Source: Eledone cirrhosa (lineage: Eukaryota). Taken from it: a stretch of 64,000 nt of DNA. Below the pieces are notes generated by a model. The model was not told the origin of the DNA and did no database searches. It saw only the letters and a list, made by a program, of their open reading frames with translations. This document shows, piece after piece, positions 62,255 through 64,000 of this stretch (its first letter is position 1; every line of letters starts with the position of its first letter). Location of the stretch: positions 164,548,001 to 164,612,000 of the forward strand of contig OZ024743.1 of assembly GCA_964016885.1 (NCBI GenBank), given 5' to 3'. The position numbers were made by a program, and so were the translations under genes.

Positions 62255-64000
62255 ATCATCATCATCATCATCATCATCACCGTTTTACGTCCGTTCTTCC
62301 ACGCTAGCATGGGTTAGACGGGTTGTCCTGTTGTGGGCAGTGTCTGGTCGGCTGACCATGCCTTGCTCATACAGGAACTGATCTGGCTTGATTTCTACAG
62401 CTGGATGCCCTTCCTAACACCAACCTCATTTACAGTGAGTGCTGGGTGCTTTTTCGTGGCGCCTACACGTCCACTTTACAGTGTGGGCTGGGTGCTTTTT
62501 TGCCGTGGCACCTCCACGACCACCTTGCGGTGGGGGGAGTGGGGGCATATTGTTTATATACTTCAGCATGTACCCATGGGAGGTCGGGTACCCTGTATTA
62601 CTGCGTGACGCCAGAAGTCACGGTCGTGTGTCATTGACTTTGAGAGGTGTAGTTGGGTAAGGTCGGCTTTTATCACCTCATCCCAAGTCATCTTGGGTCT
62701 CCCCACTCCGCGGTTTCCATCAACTTCTAGTGCTCTGCACCTTTTTATGCAGCTGTCATCCTTCATACGCATCACATGTCCATACCAGCGTAACCGCCTC
62801 TCCTGCACGCAGCATTTGATTCCTCTTATGCTCAGTCTCTCTCTCAATTCCTTTATGCTTTGTCGTTCATGTATATTACTGTTACACATCCATCGGAGCA
62901 TGCAGGCTTCGTTTCTCTCTAATCTACGTAAGTCTTCCACCTTCAGCGCCCAGGTCTCACTACCATGCAACATCGCTGTTCGGATACACGCATCATACAG
63001 TCTGCCTTTCATTCTGAGGGAGAAGCCTTTTGCAGCTAGCAGTGGTAGTAGTTCCCTAAACTTCTTCCATCCCGTTCTTACCCTAGTTATTGTACTTTCT
63101 GAGCACCCACCTCCGTTGCTAATTCGGTCACCTAGGTAGCAGAAGCTGTCTACTGTTTCTACAGGGCCCTCCCAGAGATTGGTGGTACTTGTTTCCTGTG
63201 GCTGTTTGCTTGCTGTTTCAGCACAGCTGCTGCATGTGAATCCTACATTCTTAATTAAGCTTCCTGAGATCCCGCTACATCTCTTGTGTACCCATTGTTT
63301 GCATTTGGGGCAGAGAATGGAGTTCCTACCTACACCTTTCCTACATACTGAGCAAGGCCATTTCCCTGAGGGGATCTGGGTTCTGTTTTCTCGTCTACTT
63401 ACAAGGACCTTAGTCTTTGTCATGTTGACTTTGAGGCCCTTTCTCTCTAGTCCCTGCTTCCAGGTTTGGAATTTATTCTCTAGTTCTACCATAGATTCAG
63501 CTATGAGTGCGAGGTCATCAGCATACAGGAGTTCCCATGGGCATCCGGTCTTAAACTCCTCCGTTATTGCCTGCAGGACTATGATGAACAGGAGAGGGCT
63601 AAGAACAGAGCCCTGGTGGACCCCAACCTGTACGCTAAATTCCTCGCTATACTCATTGCTAATCCTAACTTTGCTGACTGCTCCCCTATACATGGCTTGT
63701 ACCGCTTTCACAAGCCATTCATCTACTCCTAGTTTTCTAAGAGCCCACCAGATTACTGCACGTGGAACTCTGTCAAAGGCTTTCTCAAGGTCGACAAATG
63801 CCAAGTAGAGTGGCTTACTTTTAGCTAGGTACTTTTCCTGTAATTGCCTCACAAGGAAGAGGGCATCAGTGGTGCCATTCCCTGCTACAAACCCAAATTG
63901 CTTCTCGTCTATATTCACCCGGTCCCTAATCAGCTGTGCTATAACTCTTTCTGTTACTTTCATGACCTGGTCCATCAACTTTATACCTCTATAGTTTCCT
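62255..64000 (-). mobile_element. RTE subfamily A, third copy (continues beyond window)
   Basis: ORF 62563..63978 and 3'UTR/tail nearly identical to the adjacent copy. Confidence 0.93.

Overview
Eukaryotic, repeat-saturated window with no supportable host protein-coding gene. The SINE families look like those of octopus/cephalopods (inference from recall, not verified). A large part of the sequence is degenerate (TA)n/(TACA)n microsatellite, which explains the many long Y/I/M/C/H ORFs. Young retroelements are nested in these arrays: five copies (two subfamilies) of an RTE-type LINE with a C4HC3 PHD finger inserted inside its RT, a full-length two-ORF CR1-like LINE, an intact Naiad-type Penelope-like element (RT + GIY-YIG), and a ~610-bp non-coding element. 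Older Rex3/Expander-like RTE, CRE, Helitron, MITE and tRNA-SINE remnants fill the non-microsatellite part, and there is a 200-N gap. Main observations: (1) the CR1-like LINE has an ORF2 with no AUG before its endonuclease, overlapping ORF1 in the -1 frame across two classical slippery heptamers, and a Myb-like/polyQ/2xCCCH ORF1; (2) the Penelope element's 5' end maps to the predicted cleavage site of its own hammerhead ribozyme and is capped by a 105-bp fold-back; (3) a 1.6-kb zero-spacer palindrome carries two hammerhead ribozymes and no ORF; (4) the PHD-in-RT RTE family has a partner SINE, and several unrelated families appear to insert into (TA)n.
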